Shown here: positions 7,975-16,122 of the stretch, in pieces | Layout: each line of letters begins with the position of its first letter | How positions within the stretch are numbered: position 1 is the stretch's first letter | Source: a virus | Lineage: Duplodnaviria > Caudoviricetes | Length of the DNA stretch: 64,000 nt | Reading direction: 5' to 3' (one strand) | IMG/VR virus record: IMGVR_UViG_3300043775_000860 | Span: 819-64,818 of that record | Translations under genes and position numbers: made by a program | The notes under the pieces: generated by a model | The model's database searches: none | Seen by the model: only the letters and a program-made list of their open reading frames with translations | Told to the model about the DNA's origin: nothing

Positions 7975-8279
7975 TTTTGTTTTAAGTTTTACTTGAGGTA
8001 AGCCTTGCAAGGCGTTGATATTGAATAAATTAACAGGGCTGTGAATATTGCGCAGGATGCGGGGCAGGGGGCGGGGCAATTTCGAACAGCGCAGGTGTGG
8101 CGCTCCTATCATGTGGCAAAAAGCTAAAAAATCGACCGAAGCAGGGCAAGGTCAGACCCCCACCCCCTCAAAAAAAAGTCGTTTCCGGGCGGGGCCCACG
8201 CTCGCAGAACCGCTATATAACCCCCGTACTACGCATATCTGAATTACGCAATTGCTTATCTTTACTGAAACTTTATTTT

Positions 8280-8477
8280 ATGTACAACGATTTAACTGTT
8301 AAGAATGGCAGGCTTATAAACAATAGGCCGAATGGAGTTACCGGCATTCAGCAGGCGGCTCAGATTAAGAAGGACCTCAAGCGTGAGAAGAAGATTGAGA
8401 TGATGACTGAGGCTATTTACAGGGCGGAGATGCGTTCTGAGATGGTTGAGTCCATGATGGGTAAAAAAGAGGATTAG
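8280..8477 (+). CDS. hypothetical protein
   Basis: Probable start MYNDLTVKNGRLINNRP at 8280. Confidence 0.55.
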   Translation: MYNDLTVKNGRLINNRPNGVTGIQQAAQIKKDLKREKKIEMMTEAIYRAEMRSEMVESMMGKKED

Positions 8478-8505
8478 ACGAGATTTATGAAATCTTGTTT
8501 AAATT

Positions 8506-8545
8506 AGGGAGGGGTCACTTTGGTGGTTTCTCCCTTCTTCTTTTT
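8506..8545 (+). terminator. terminator-like hairpin
   Basis: GGGAGGGGTCAC-TTTG-GTGGTTTCTCCC followed by a T-rich tract. Confidence 0.5.
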
Positions 8546-8799
8546 ATATTACCCGATTATCTGTCATTGAATGATAGATTTTATGACACTTAACTAATTG
8601 ATTATTAAACTACTGTCAATTATGTCGATTTTTTTTCCGATTTCTAGTGGGAAATAAATAATAAAAGGAGGTAAATATATATATATATATAGGGAAGGAT
8701 GAGATTGACATGGTGGTTTTGGAATAAGCTTTTGTAATATCATTAAATCATTTTACTTTTGTTATGCCATGCTACGCATGGTATATTAAATCAAATCAA

Positions 8800-10398
8800 A
8801 TGGAATATTCACCTAAGGAATTGGTCTTCTCGGAAGAGGGCCGTATTAAGTTGGTTTCAGGTATTAAGAAAATTGCCGGTGCTGTTAAGAGCACGTTGGG
8901 TCCTAATGGCAATACTGTTTTGATAGAGAGTCCACATCATGTTCATGGTATTACTGTCACGAAGGATGGGGTAACTGTTGCGAAGGCGGTTGACTTGTTG
9001 GACCCTGTTGAGAACTTGGCGGTCAAGATGATGAAGGAGGCTGCTGATAAGACAGCTACCCTTGCAGGCGATGGTACGACAACGGCAATCGTGCTCACGG
9101 AAGCGCTAGTGCTTGGAGGACTAAGTATGATGAAGCCCCACCACAATCGGACTGAGGTGTTGAGACAGATGTTGGAGATAAGCAATAAGACGGTGGATAA
9201 GCTTCGCAGGAGGAGCAAGAAGGTATCGAGCAGTATGTTGGTGGACATTGCGTCTATTTCGGCTAACAATGACAAGGAGATAGGTAGGATTATAGCTGAG
9301 GTTTACAAGGATGTTGGTCGTAATGGTATTGTAACGGTAGAACGGTCACAAACAACCGATACGTATGCTGAGACCACTATGGGCTTGAAGATTGACAGGG
9401 GGTATTTGAGTCCGTTGTTTATCAACGACCAAAAGAAGGACGAGTGTGTGTTTGAGGATGTGATGGTATTGGTAGCTGACATTGAGATAGGAAATATTTT
9501 GCAGATTGAGAACGTATTGAAACCAATTATACAGGAAGGGAAGAAGCTTTTGATTGTGGCTCCGTGTCACAACAATGTGGTCAATACGTTTGCTGCCAAT
9601 GTGATGAAGAACAACTTGAAGATTTGTGCGGTTCAGCCGCCTAGCTTTGGGTATAAGCAGCATGAGTTGATGCAGGACTTGGCGGTATCAGTAGGTGCTA
9701 CCTACTTCAGTGAGAAGACCGGTGATGACTTGAGTCATATCAGCTATTCTGATTTGGGTCATGCTGCCAAGGTGATTGTTGGAAGGGATAGGACTGTTTT
9801 GATTAAGAGTGATTCGAAGATAGACCCTCAGAAGGTTGAGGAGAGGGTGTCTCAGTTGTGGGATGCGCACAAGTCTGCGACCAAGAAGGCTGACAAGGAT
9901 TTCTTAGTGGAGCGAATAGCGTCTCTTACGGGGGGCATAGGGGTCATTTATGTTGGCGGCAATACCGACCTAGAGCAGAAGGAGTTATACGACCGTGTTG
10001 ACGATGCTGTGTGCGCTGTGAGGTCAGCTTTAGAGGAGGGAATCCTTCCCGGTGGGGGGAAAGCCCTCTACGAAGTAGAGGTATATACCCTACTAGGCGA
10101 GATTGCCTCCGAGGAGCAGGACATAGCAGCTGCGATTTTGGATAGTGCATTGAAAGCACCGCTTGAGCAGATACTAACTAATGCCGGTTTGAAGGCTGAG
10201 GACTACTACACATCAGACATTGGTGAGGGTGTGGGGTTGAACGTGAAGACGGGTAAGATTGGTGACTTGATTAAGATGGGTGTTATTGACCCGTTGAAAG
10301 TCACCCGTTCTGCTTTGCAGAATGCGGTGTCTGTTGCAACAACTATCCTTTCAACCAATGCTATCATCACGATGGCGCGCTCATATGAGACCAAGTGA
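8800..10398 (+). CDS. groEL: phage-encoded chaperonin GroEL
   Basis: VKSTLGPNG, VTKDGVTVAK, AGDGTTTA, EEGILPGGG, GVIDPLKVTRSALQNAVSVA; start MEYSPK at 8800. Confidence 0.95.
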   Translation: MEYSPKELVFSEEGRIKLVSGIKKIAGAVKSTLGPNGNTVLIESPHHVHGITVTKDGVTVAKAVDLLDPVENLAVKMMKEAADKTATLAGDGTTTAIVLTEALVLGGLSMMKPHHNRTEVLRQMLEISNKTVDKLRRRSKKVSSSMLVDIASISANNDKEIGRIIAEVYKDVGRNGIVTVERSQTTDTYAETTMGLKIDRGYLSPLFINDQKKDECVFEDVMVLVADIEIGNILQIENVLKPIIQEGKKLLIVAPCHNNVVNTFAANVMKNNLKICAVQPPSFGYKQHELMQDLAVSVGATYFSEKTGDDLSHISYSDLGHAAKVIVGRDRTVLIKSDSKIDPQKVEERVSQLWDAHKSATKKADKDFLVERIASLTGGIGVIYVGGNTDLEQKELYDRVDDAVCAVRSALEEGILPGGGKALYEVEVYTLLGEIASEEQDIAAAILDSALKAPLEQILTNAGLKAEDYYTSDIGEGVGLNVKTGKIGDLIKMGVIDPLKVTRSALQNAVSVATTILSTNAIITMARSYETK

Positions 10399-10583
10399 AG
10401 GTTGGGGTACGATACGAAGCTGACACGATAGTTTGTTTGGAGTGCGACCATAAGTGGTTGGGTTACATACACGTAGACGTGATTGATTGGGGTAATGGTT
10501 TAGTTGAGGAGAGCAGGTCCGACCGGTTTGAGTGTCCAAATTGCGGAATGTATGAAGGCGTTATTTATGAAGATAAAGGATAA
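10395..10583 (+). CDS. small zinc-ribbon protein
   Basis: CLECDHKW...ECPNCG; GTG start overlapping the groEL stop. Confidence 0.5.
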   Translation: MKVGVRYEADTIVCLECDHKWLGYIHVDVIDWGNGLVEESRSDRFECPNCGMYEGVIYEDKG

Positions 10584-10755
10584 CATAGTCGAGATAGTAA
10601 AGCAGCGTTTCACTCAGAGGAGTGAGGAGGGCATCCGTAAGTATGGTACTACGCTAGAGAGGCGTGACCTTGATTGGTTGGATTGGATTACGCATTTGCA
10701 GGAGGAGTTGATGGATGCGGTGCTTTACATCGAGCGTTTAAAAGAAGAAAAATGA
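10567..10755 (+). CDS. small all-alpha NTP pyrophosphohydrolase-like protein
   Basis: RSEEGIRKYGTTL...WITHLQEELMDAVLY, EExxD motif of MazG-like fold. Confidence 0.55.
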   Translation: MKIKDNIVEIVKQRFTQRSEEGIRKYGTTLERRDLDWLDWITHLQEELMDAVLYIERLKEEK

Positions 10756-11009
10756 AAGCAATAGGCAAAAACATTGTTATTCGTCATGTTGACGAGGAAG
10801 TTAAGACGGCATCGGGGTTAATCCTGTCCGGAGATGACACCAATCAGCTGAGGTATAAGCGTGGGGTGGTGGTAACTCCCGGCACAGAGGTCAAGGCAAT
10901 CTCTGAGGGTGATGAGATTTACTATGACAAGGCTCAGAGTTATACCATGATTATCCACGATGAGCAGTACAGTATTATTCAGGAACGTGATGTAGTTCTT
11001 GTTCTGTAG
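10752..11009 (+). CDS. groES: co-chaperonin GroES
   Basis: MKAIGKNIVI...KTASGLILS...GVVVTPG...EGDEIYY...IIQERDVVLVL; near groEL. Confidence 0.85.
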   Translation: MKAIGKNIVIRHVDEEVKTASGLILSGDDTNQLRYKRGVVVTPGTEVKAISEGDEIYYDKAQSYTMIIHDEQYSIIQERDVVLVL

Positions 11010-11427
11010 ACTTGTTCTTTTTGGTGTGGGCGTTCATGGTTTTAATCATATTCCGGTAAACCTTGTCGGTATATGACACATTTTTCCTGAACATGGGGTT
11101 ATTTTCCCCGTTCATTGGGATTTCTTCCCCATTTAGTTTCTTGTAGATTGAGGTAATCATCCTTTTGGCCTTGAAGGACAGGCAGTATATTGCCTTTATG
11201 TTCCTTCTTGAGCCCCTTAGGTTCTCAATCCACCCTTCTTTTAGCAGTCTGTTGAACCGAACCTTGTCCCAAGCTACCAATTGGGCGAACTCTTGGAACT
11301 TGTCTTTACCGAAATAGCTTTCTGAGTAGAGGAACAGGAGCATGTCTAGGTCTGCCTGTCCAATTTCGTACCTAATCTTTACGTATTGTCGTATAACTCT
11401 CCAATACTTTAAATAATCTGATTTCAT
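10975..11427 (-). CDS. winged-helix-like DNA-binding protein
   Basis: DLDMLLFLY...FNRLLKEGWI...YCLSFKAKRMI pattern resembles MarR-type wHTH; lone antisense gene in a plus-strand region. Confidence 0.55.
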   Translation of the reverse strand: MKSDYLKYWRVIRQYVKIRYEIGQADLDMLLFLYSESYFGKDKFQEFAQLVAWDKVRFNRLLKEGWIENLRGSRRNIKAIYCLSFKAKRMITSIYKKLNGEEIPMNGENNPMFRKNVSYTDKVYRNMIKTMNAHTKKNKSTEQELHHVPE

Positions 11428-11432
11428 TTAAT

Positions 11433-11453
11433 TATATTTGTAATACAAATATA
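11433..11453. promoter_or_regulatory. overlapping opposed Bacteroidetes -7 promoter boxes forming an inverted repeat
   Basis: TATATTTGTA-A-TACAAATATA gives TAnnTTTG on both strands between the wHTH gene and the basic-protein cluster. Confidence 0.65.
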
Positions 11454-11548
11454 AAAATAATATGGACAAGCCTTGTACTCAAGTGGTAAAAGGGGCAACA
11501 ATGCCTAAACCAAAAAAATAATTTTTTAAACCCCCAAAATCAAAAGCG

Positions 11549-11683
11549 ATGAAAAAAGACAAACCAAGTTTGCCCGCTTCTTCAATGCTGAAGTCACCTG
11601 CTGCTGTAGGTCCTGCAGTAAAGAAAGCCGCTGCAAAGAAAGTCGTTAAAGCTATTATGAAGAAAGCTGCAAAGAAAAAGTAA
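11549..11683 (+). CDS. 44-aa Lys/Ala-rich histone H1-like peptide
   Basis: Hand translation MKKDKPSLPASSMLKSPAAVGPAVKKAAAKKVVKAIMKKAAKKK; TAATG coupling to the next gene. Confidence 0.6.
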   Translation: MKKDKPSLPASSMLKSPAAVGPAVKKAAAKKVVKAIMKKAAKKK

Positions 11684-11973
11684 TGGCTGAGAAATCAAAG
11701 ATGAAATGTAACCGTGTCGTGGCTTCTGACAGACCAGGCAAGAAGAGGATGGTGAAAGCTTGCTCTAACGGGCAGGAGAAGCTTATCCACTTTGGCGCTG
11801 AGGGTTATGGTCATAACTATTCAGCTGCGGCACGGTCTTCATTCAAGGCAAGGCACAAATGTAGTAGTGCTAGCGACAAGTTAAGCGCACGCTATTGGGC
11901 ATGTAAGAACCTTTGGGCGGGCCCCGGTGGCTCAACACAGAGTAGTCCTAAGTCACGTAAAGGGAAATATTAA
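11683..11973 (+). CDS. small basic phage protein
   Basis: KKRMVKAC...LIHFGA...RSSFKARHKC...KLSARYWACKNLW, a recurrent phage family. Confidence 0.7.
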   Translation: MAEKSKMKCNRVVASDRPGKKRMVKACSNGQEKLIHFGAEGYGHNYSAAARSSFKARHKCSSASDKLSARYWACKNLWAGPGGSTQSSPKSRKGKY

Positions 11974-12086
11974 TGAAAGCAATAAAGGCAAAAGCCAAGA
12001 AGTACGAATCCAAGAAATCCTTGGATGGTGCTATGAAATTCCTCAAGGGCAATGTATCATTGCCTAAGAAAAAGAAAAATAAATAG
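11973..12086 (+). CDS. 37-aa basic peptide
   Basis: Hand translation MKAIKAKAKKYESKKSLDGAMKFLKGNVSLPKKKKNK; TAATG coupling. Confidence 0.55.
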   Translation: MKAIKAKAKKYESKKSLDGAMKFLKGNVSLPKKKKNK

Positions 12087-12088
12087 TT

Positions 12089-12283
12089 ATGAATAGAGAT
12101 TACCCATTGGCTCCATCGCCAAATATGCAAGACAGACTTGATAGGCTTCAAAAAAGAGAAGATAAGCTTGTTTATAAAGGAAACAAGGCTGTTGACGAAG
12201 GTCGTGATAAAAAGGCTGACAGGATTCTTGGTAGAGCAGCAAAGGTTGAGGACAGGAAAATAAGAATGTCTGAAAAGAAGTAA
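12089..12283 (+). CDS. small basic protein
   Basis: 64-aa ORF in tightly packed cluster. Confidence 0.6.
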   Translation: MNRDYPLAPSPNMQDRLDRLQKREDKLVYKGNKAVDEGRDKKADRILGRAAKVEDRKIRMSEKK

Positions 12284-12284
12284 T

Positions 12285-12623
12285 ATGCCAAAAGACGCTT
12301 GTTACAAAAAGGTAAAGGCATCGTATGACGTGTTCCCTTCTGCAAGGGCTTCTCAAGCTATTGCAAAATGCAGGAAGGCATCGGGTACGGTAAGGAAGAG
12401 TGAGGAAGGAACAAGTCTGAAGAGGTGGGAGAAAGAGAAGTGGACGGATACCAAAACAGGTAAGGCTTGTGGTGCAGGGGGTAAGAATGAGTACTGCCGT
12501 CCTACGACTAGAGTGTCTTCGAAGACACCAAAGACCGCAAGTGAGTTGAGCCCATCAAAACTTGCTGCAAAGAAAGCTGAGAAGAGTAGGGTTGGAATGG
12601 GTAAAAGAGTATCTAAAGTTTAG
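12285..12623 (+). CDS. basic phage protein
   Basis: KDACYKKVK..Y..FPSA...LKRW.KEKW...YCRP..RVSSKTPKT, a recurrent phage family; contains a palindrome copy at 12513-12528. Confidence 0.7.
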   Translation: MPKDACYKKVKASYDVFPSARASQAIAKCRKASGTVRKSEEGTSLKRWEKEKWTDTKTGKACGAGGKNEYCRPTTRVSSKTPKTASELSPSKLAAKKAEKSRVGMGKRVSKV

Positions 12624-12635
12624 TATATTTGTAGC

Positions 12636-12896
12636 ATGAACTATCAAGAAGACAAGAAGAAAAAGATAAAAAGGGGTGATACTCCCTTGGCTCCTACTCC
12701 TGTTGTAAGATGGGAAAATAACATTAAAAACCCTGCAAATAGGCTTAATGTGAATGAGGTTTATAACAACAGGGATACTCCTGTTGATGCGCCGAAAGAA
12801 ACTCTTTTCAGAAAGATGTTTCCAAAGAAAGTTAGCCAAGGTGAGTACAATAAGTTTTGGGATGTAAAGGCTGACTCTATTCCAAGTAAGAAATAG
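12636..12896 (+). CDS. hypothetical protein
   Basis: ATG 4 nt after a TATATTTG box (12624-12631). Confidence 0.55.
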   Translation: MNYQEDKKKKIKRGDTPLAPTPVVRWENNIKNPANRLNVNEVYNNRDTPVDAPKETLFRKMFPKKVSQGEYNKFWDVKADSIPSKK

Positions 12897-12925
12897 TTTT
12901 TTTCAATAATCAAAAATCAAATCAA

Positions 12926-13336
12926 ATGGCAAACAAAGTTATCAAAACCAATGTAGAACTGTTAGAGCTAGTTCGTTCTCTTAACATGACTGCTGCTGAC
13001 AAAGGAAGCAAAGCAGAAGCAAAGCTTAAGAAGATTGCAGAGAAAATCAAACCAATCTTTGATGAGTACAATGAGAAGAGAGAAGATGTCCGTCTTGACC
13101 ACGCCTACACTGATAAGAATGGTGTATTGGAGTTGAATGAGAAGGGTGAATACAAGTTCACTAAGGATGGCATCAAAGCGATGGCTAAGGACATGAAGCA
13201 ACTACTTGAAGATACTTTTGAGTTTTATCAATTTACTTTTTCAACTGAAGGTATCGAAGACTTCAAATTCCTCGCAGGATGGGTTGAAGGCATAGAAGCC
13301 GAAAAACCATCTGAAGTAGATGAGCAAGTTCAGTAA
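12926..13336 (+). CDS. hypothetical protein
   Basis: 136-aa ORF with A-rich leader. Confidence 0.65.
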   Translation: MANKVIKTNVELLELVRSLNMTAADKGSKAEAKLKKIAEKIKPIFDEYNEKREDVRLDHAYTDKNGVLELNEKGEYKFTKDGIKAMAKDMKQLLEDTFEFYQFTFSTEGIEDFKFLAGWVEGIEAEKPSEVDEQVQ

Positions 13337-13466
13337 ACTTTCTGAAAAGATACAGAAGAAGCAAGGCATCAGTTCCAAAAGGGCTGATGCCATTGTTGCT
13401 TCTATAGGTCGGAAGAAATATGGTAAAACTAAATTTCAAAAAATGGCAAGCCATGGAAAAAAGTAA
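13320..13466 (+). CDS. 48-aa basic peptide
   Basis: Hand translation MSKFSKLSEKIQKKQGISSKRADAIVASIGRKKYGKTKFQKMASHGKK; fills the gap between neighbours. Confidence 0.6.
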   Translation: MSKFSKLSEKIQKKQGISSKRADAIVASIGRKKYGKTKFQKMASHGKK

Positions 13467-13629
13467 AGGACTAGGAGACACTATTGAGAAAATTACTACG
13501 GCTACAGGAATTAAGAAAGTTGTAGAAACCGTTGCAAAAGCTACAGGTAAAGACTGTGGTTGCGGAAAAAGAAAAGATGCGCTTAACCGTGCATTTCCTT
13601 ATAACAATGAAATTAAAAAATTAAACTAA
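13453..13629 (+). CDS. small phage protein (GLGDTIEK...CGC..R...LN family)
   Basis: MEKSKGLGDTIEKITTATGIKK...DCGCGKRKDALNRAFPY. Confidence 0.7.
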   Translation: MEKSKGLGDTIEKITTATGIKKVVETVAKATGKDCGCGKRKDALNRAFPYNNEIKKLN

Positions 13630-13631
13630 TC

Positions 13632-13889
13632 ATGGCATATCAAAAATTACAACCGGCAAGAGCTTCTGTTGTTACCAAGAGTGATACAGTTGACATTCCT
13701 AATCCCGGAGGTGGAGCAGTTGAAGGATGCGTTTTGTATGTAGGCACAGGAGGAATCCTTCGTGTTCTTACTGCAGGAGGTGACGATGTTACCTTTAGGA
13801 ACGTAGCCAACGGAAGTTTTTTACCCGTTCAGGTGATTCGTGTATTTGCATCAACAACTAACGCAACTGATATTATAGCATTATGGTAA
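13632..13889 (+). CDS. small virion (spike-base-like) protein
   Basis: LYVGTGG.LRV...GDDVTF.NV..GSFLPVQVIRVFASTTNATDIIALW. Confidence 0.65.
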   Translation: MAYQKLQPARASVVTKSDTVDIPNPGGGAVEGCVLYVGTGGILRVLTAGGDDVTFRNVANGSFLPVQVIRVFASTTNATDIIALW

Positions 13890-13911
13890 TAGCTATCACA
13901 ATACAGGTAAG

Positions 13912-14202
13912 ATGAATCTTCAAGAAAACAATAGACTTGATTATATGGCGGCAGAATTAGATGTTCTGAAGAAAGACATGGCTGAGGTAAAGTCTATGGT
14001 TACAGACATGTATCATATCTTGTCAGGCAATCCAATTGATAAAGATTCAAGTGGAATGATTGGAGACCTTAGGACAATGAAGAGAGAAGTGTATGACTTA
14101 AAGGCTGAGATAAAAAAGTACAAAGCATACTTTTATGCTATGGTAACACTTATTGGTCTTGGAGTGGTTAAAGTTATTATTGATTTCCTAAAAGGATTAT
14201 AA
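13912..14202 (+). CDS. coiled-coil protein with C-terminal transmembrane helix (lysis cassette)
   Basis: Hydrophobic YFYAMVTLIGLGVVKVII C-terminus. Confidence 0.55.
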   Translation: MNLQENNRLDYMAAELDVLKKDMAEVKSMVTDMYHILSGNPIDKDSSGMIGDLRTMKREVYDLKAEIKKYKAYFYAMVTLIGLGVVKVIIDFLKGL

Positions 14203-14324
14203 TGGCAAAAGGTGTATCAAATGTAAGGAAGATAAGTTTTGGCAAAAAGAAGACAGGTGTTGCTAAGAAATCTTACAACAAGCACAGTCCAAGACCAAAA
14301 CCATATAGAGGACAAGGAAGATAA
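14202..14324 (+). CDS. 40-aa basic peptide ending KPYRGQGR
   Basis: Hand translation MAKGVSNVRKISFGKKKTGVAKKSYNKHSPRPKPYRGQGR. Confidence 0.6.
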   Translation: MAKGVSNVRKISFGKKKTGVAKKSYNKHSPRPKPYRGQGR

Positions 14325-14335
14325 ATAATAATAAT

Positions 14336-14629
14336 ATGGCAGTTAAAAATTTAAACCCTGTAACTAGCATAATGGATTTTAAAACGTTTGCAAAGAATCC
14401 AATTGTGGCTACGTTATTCTTGGTTCTTATAGCAATATCGTATCTATACATAGATGTAAAATCTACATTTAAGGAACAAATATCATCTCAGAATGAGAAG
14501 GTTTTGAAGTTAGAGGAAAAGGTTGATGTGATGCAGGTTGTTCTTAGAAGAACTGATTCTTCACTAGCTGCTGCTACTTCAAAATTGAGTACACTAGAGC
14601 AATTGGGAAAAATTCAAAGTATTAAGTAA
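14336..14629 (+). CDS. membrane-anchored coiled-coil protein (holin/spanin-like)
   Basis: TM segment IVATLFLVLIAISYLYI followed by coiled coil. Confidence 0.55.
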   Translation: MAVKNLNPVTSIMDFKTFAKNPIVATLFLVLIAISYLYIDVKSTFKEQISSQNEKVLKLEEKVDVMQVVLRRTDSSLAAATSKLSTLEQLGKIQSIK

Positions 14630-14967
14630 TGAGGTATTTATTTTTTCTTTTATTGACAGGTTGTACTTTGAGTGCTCAGAATGAAAATGAGGATAATAGG
14701 AAAGATGCTGAGTTTAAGAAGTTGATTGATAGTGTGAAAAAAAATCACATCAATTTTAACAGTGTCAGTGAAAAGGTGAAAAAGAAAGAAGAAAAAATAG
14801 TTACTCAGGCAATTTCTAAAATTGCAACTTTAAAAGCAGAGGTAAGCAGTTTAAAGAACGAGATAGCAAATAAAGCGGATACTATCTATATACATGATAC
14901 TATTCAGATTACTGAGAAGAAGAATTTTTGGGGAAAAACAAAGGTTGATACTATAAATAATCAATAG
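14629..14967 (+). CDS. putative lipoprotein (spanin-like)
   Basis: MRYLFFLLLTGC lipobox then coiled coil. Confidence 0.55.
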   Translation: MRYLFFLLLTGCTLSAQNENEDNRKDAEFKKLIDSVKKNHINFNSVSEKVKKKEEKIVTQAISKIATLKAEVSSLKNEIANKADTIYIHDTIQITEKKNFWGKTKVDTINNQ

Positions 14968-15231
14968 ATGAAAAATATATTTAAATGGCTTTCGGGGTTC
15001 TTTTCTTCTGAAAGCGGAACATCTAGTAAAAGGCTCGTTGGAATTGTAGGTGCATTTGTATTGTTTTTTACAATGTACGATAACTCAAAATCTGAGAGTA
15101 CTTTTATGCCTGCCGATTCTTTAGTTTGGGCTACTTTTGCACTTAGTGCTACTGCTCTTGGCCTTACGACAATTGAGTCTGTAACAAATTTAATTAAAGG
15201 ATATAAAGAAAATAAAAATGAAAATATCTGA
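14968..15231 (+). CDS. holin-like protein
   Basis: SSKRLVG followed by two TM segments, directly upstream of the endolysin. Confidence 0.6.
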   Translation: MKNIFKWLSGFFSSESGTSSKRLVGIVGAFVLFFTMYDNSKSESTFMPADSLVWATFALSATALGLTTIESVTNLIKGYKENKNENI

Positions 15232-15682
15232 GCATCTTTCATTAGTTGAGGTAACAAGAAGTGAAACGGCAAAGCGCAAGGGAATTAGCAATACCCCAAC
15301 TGCAGAGCATTTGGAGAACTTTAAAATTCTTGCAGAGAATGTATTTGAGAAGATAAGGGTGCACTTTGGTGTACCTATCCATATCAGCTCCGGCTATCGT
15401 AGTAAGGAACTTAATGATGCGATAGGTGGCAGCCAAACCTCACAGCATAGCAAGGGACAAGCGATTGACATTGATATGGACGGTAGTGGAGATGGTGTCA
15501 GCAACGCTGATGTCTATAACTTCATCAAGGACAATCTTGAATATGACCAATTGATTTGGGAGTTTGGTACTGACAAGAATCCTGATTGGGTTCATGTATC
15601 CTTTTCAAAAGACAAAAACAGAAAGCAGCGTTTAAAGGCTGTAAAATCAAATGGTAAAACATCTTACGTTAATCTTCCTTAG
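15218..15682 (+). CDS. endolysin, peptidase M15A family
   Basis: ISSGYRS..LN..IGG...SQH..GQAID...WVHVS zinc-peptidase motifs. Confidence 0.9.
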   Translation: MKISEHLSLVEVTRSETAKRKGISNTPTAEHLENFKILAENVFEKIRVHFGVPIHISSGYRSKELNDAIGGSQTSQHSKGQAIDIDMDGSGDGVSNADVYNFIKDNLEYDQLIWEFGTDKNPDWVHVSFSKDKNRKQRLKAVKSNGKTSYVNLP

Positions 15683-16106
15683 CTTATTCCTATTATCATG
15701 TGCAACAAGGAAGGTAGCTGTAACTAAATCTAATGTAGAATTACGTGTAGATAGCGTAGTTATTGAAAAGAAGGATAGCAGTTTTGTTCAACAAAACGCA
15801 ATCAGCATAAAAGAGGACATTGATGAGATTGAGGTTGTTCCTATAGATACTGCAAAGCCTATAATTATAGGGGGAAAAGAGTACTTCAATGCTACTGTAA
15901 GGATTAAGAAAACGAAAAGAGAAATCATTGATACAACAAAAACTACTGTTGTAAAGTCTGAGCAGAAGCAAACAGAGGTAAAGAAAGATGAGAAAAGGGA
16001 GTTGTTTGTCAAGTCAGTAGACAAAAAGCCTAGTTACTTTAATTTATGGTGGCTACTACTAATACCTTTAGGGGTATGGTTGCTCAGACGCTATCTTCTA
16101 AAATGA
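15651..16106 (+). CDS. putative unimolecular spanin
   Basis: N-terminal lipobox LFLLSC, beta-rich middle, C-terminal TM WWLLLIPLGVWLL then RR. Confidence 0.65.
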   Translation: MVKHLTLIFLSLFLLSCATRKVAVTKSNVELRVDSVVIEKKDSSFVQQNAISIKEDIDEIEVVPIDTAKPIIIGGKEYFNATVRIKKTKREIIDTTKTTVVKSEQKQTEVKKDEKRELFVKSVDKKPSYFNLWWLLLIPLGVWLLRRYLLK

Positions 16107-16122
16107 GTATATTTGTTGAACA

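Noticed and set aside
8165-8210. Possible fourth hammerhead (minus strand CTGCGAGC...GGGC-CCC-GCCC-GGAAAC)
   Set aside because: Core is not CUGAnGA and no matching stem I/III with a GUH site was found
8048-8242. Arg/Gly-rich ORF in the divergence region
   Set aside because: TTG start, no typical leader; explained by local GC richness
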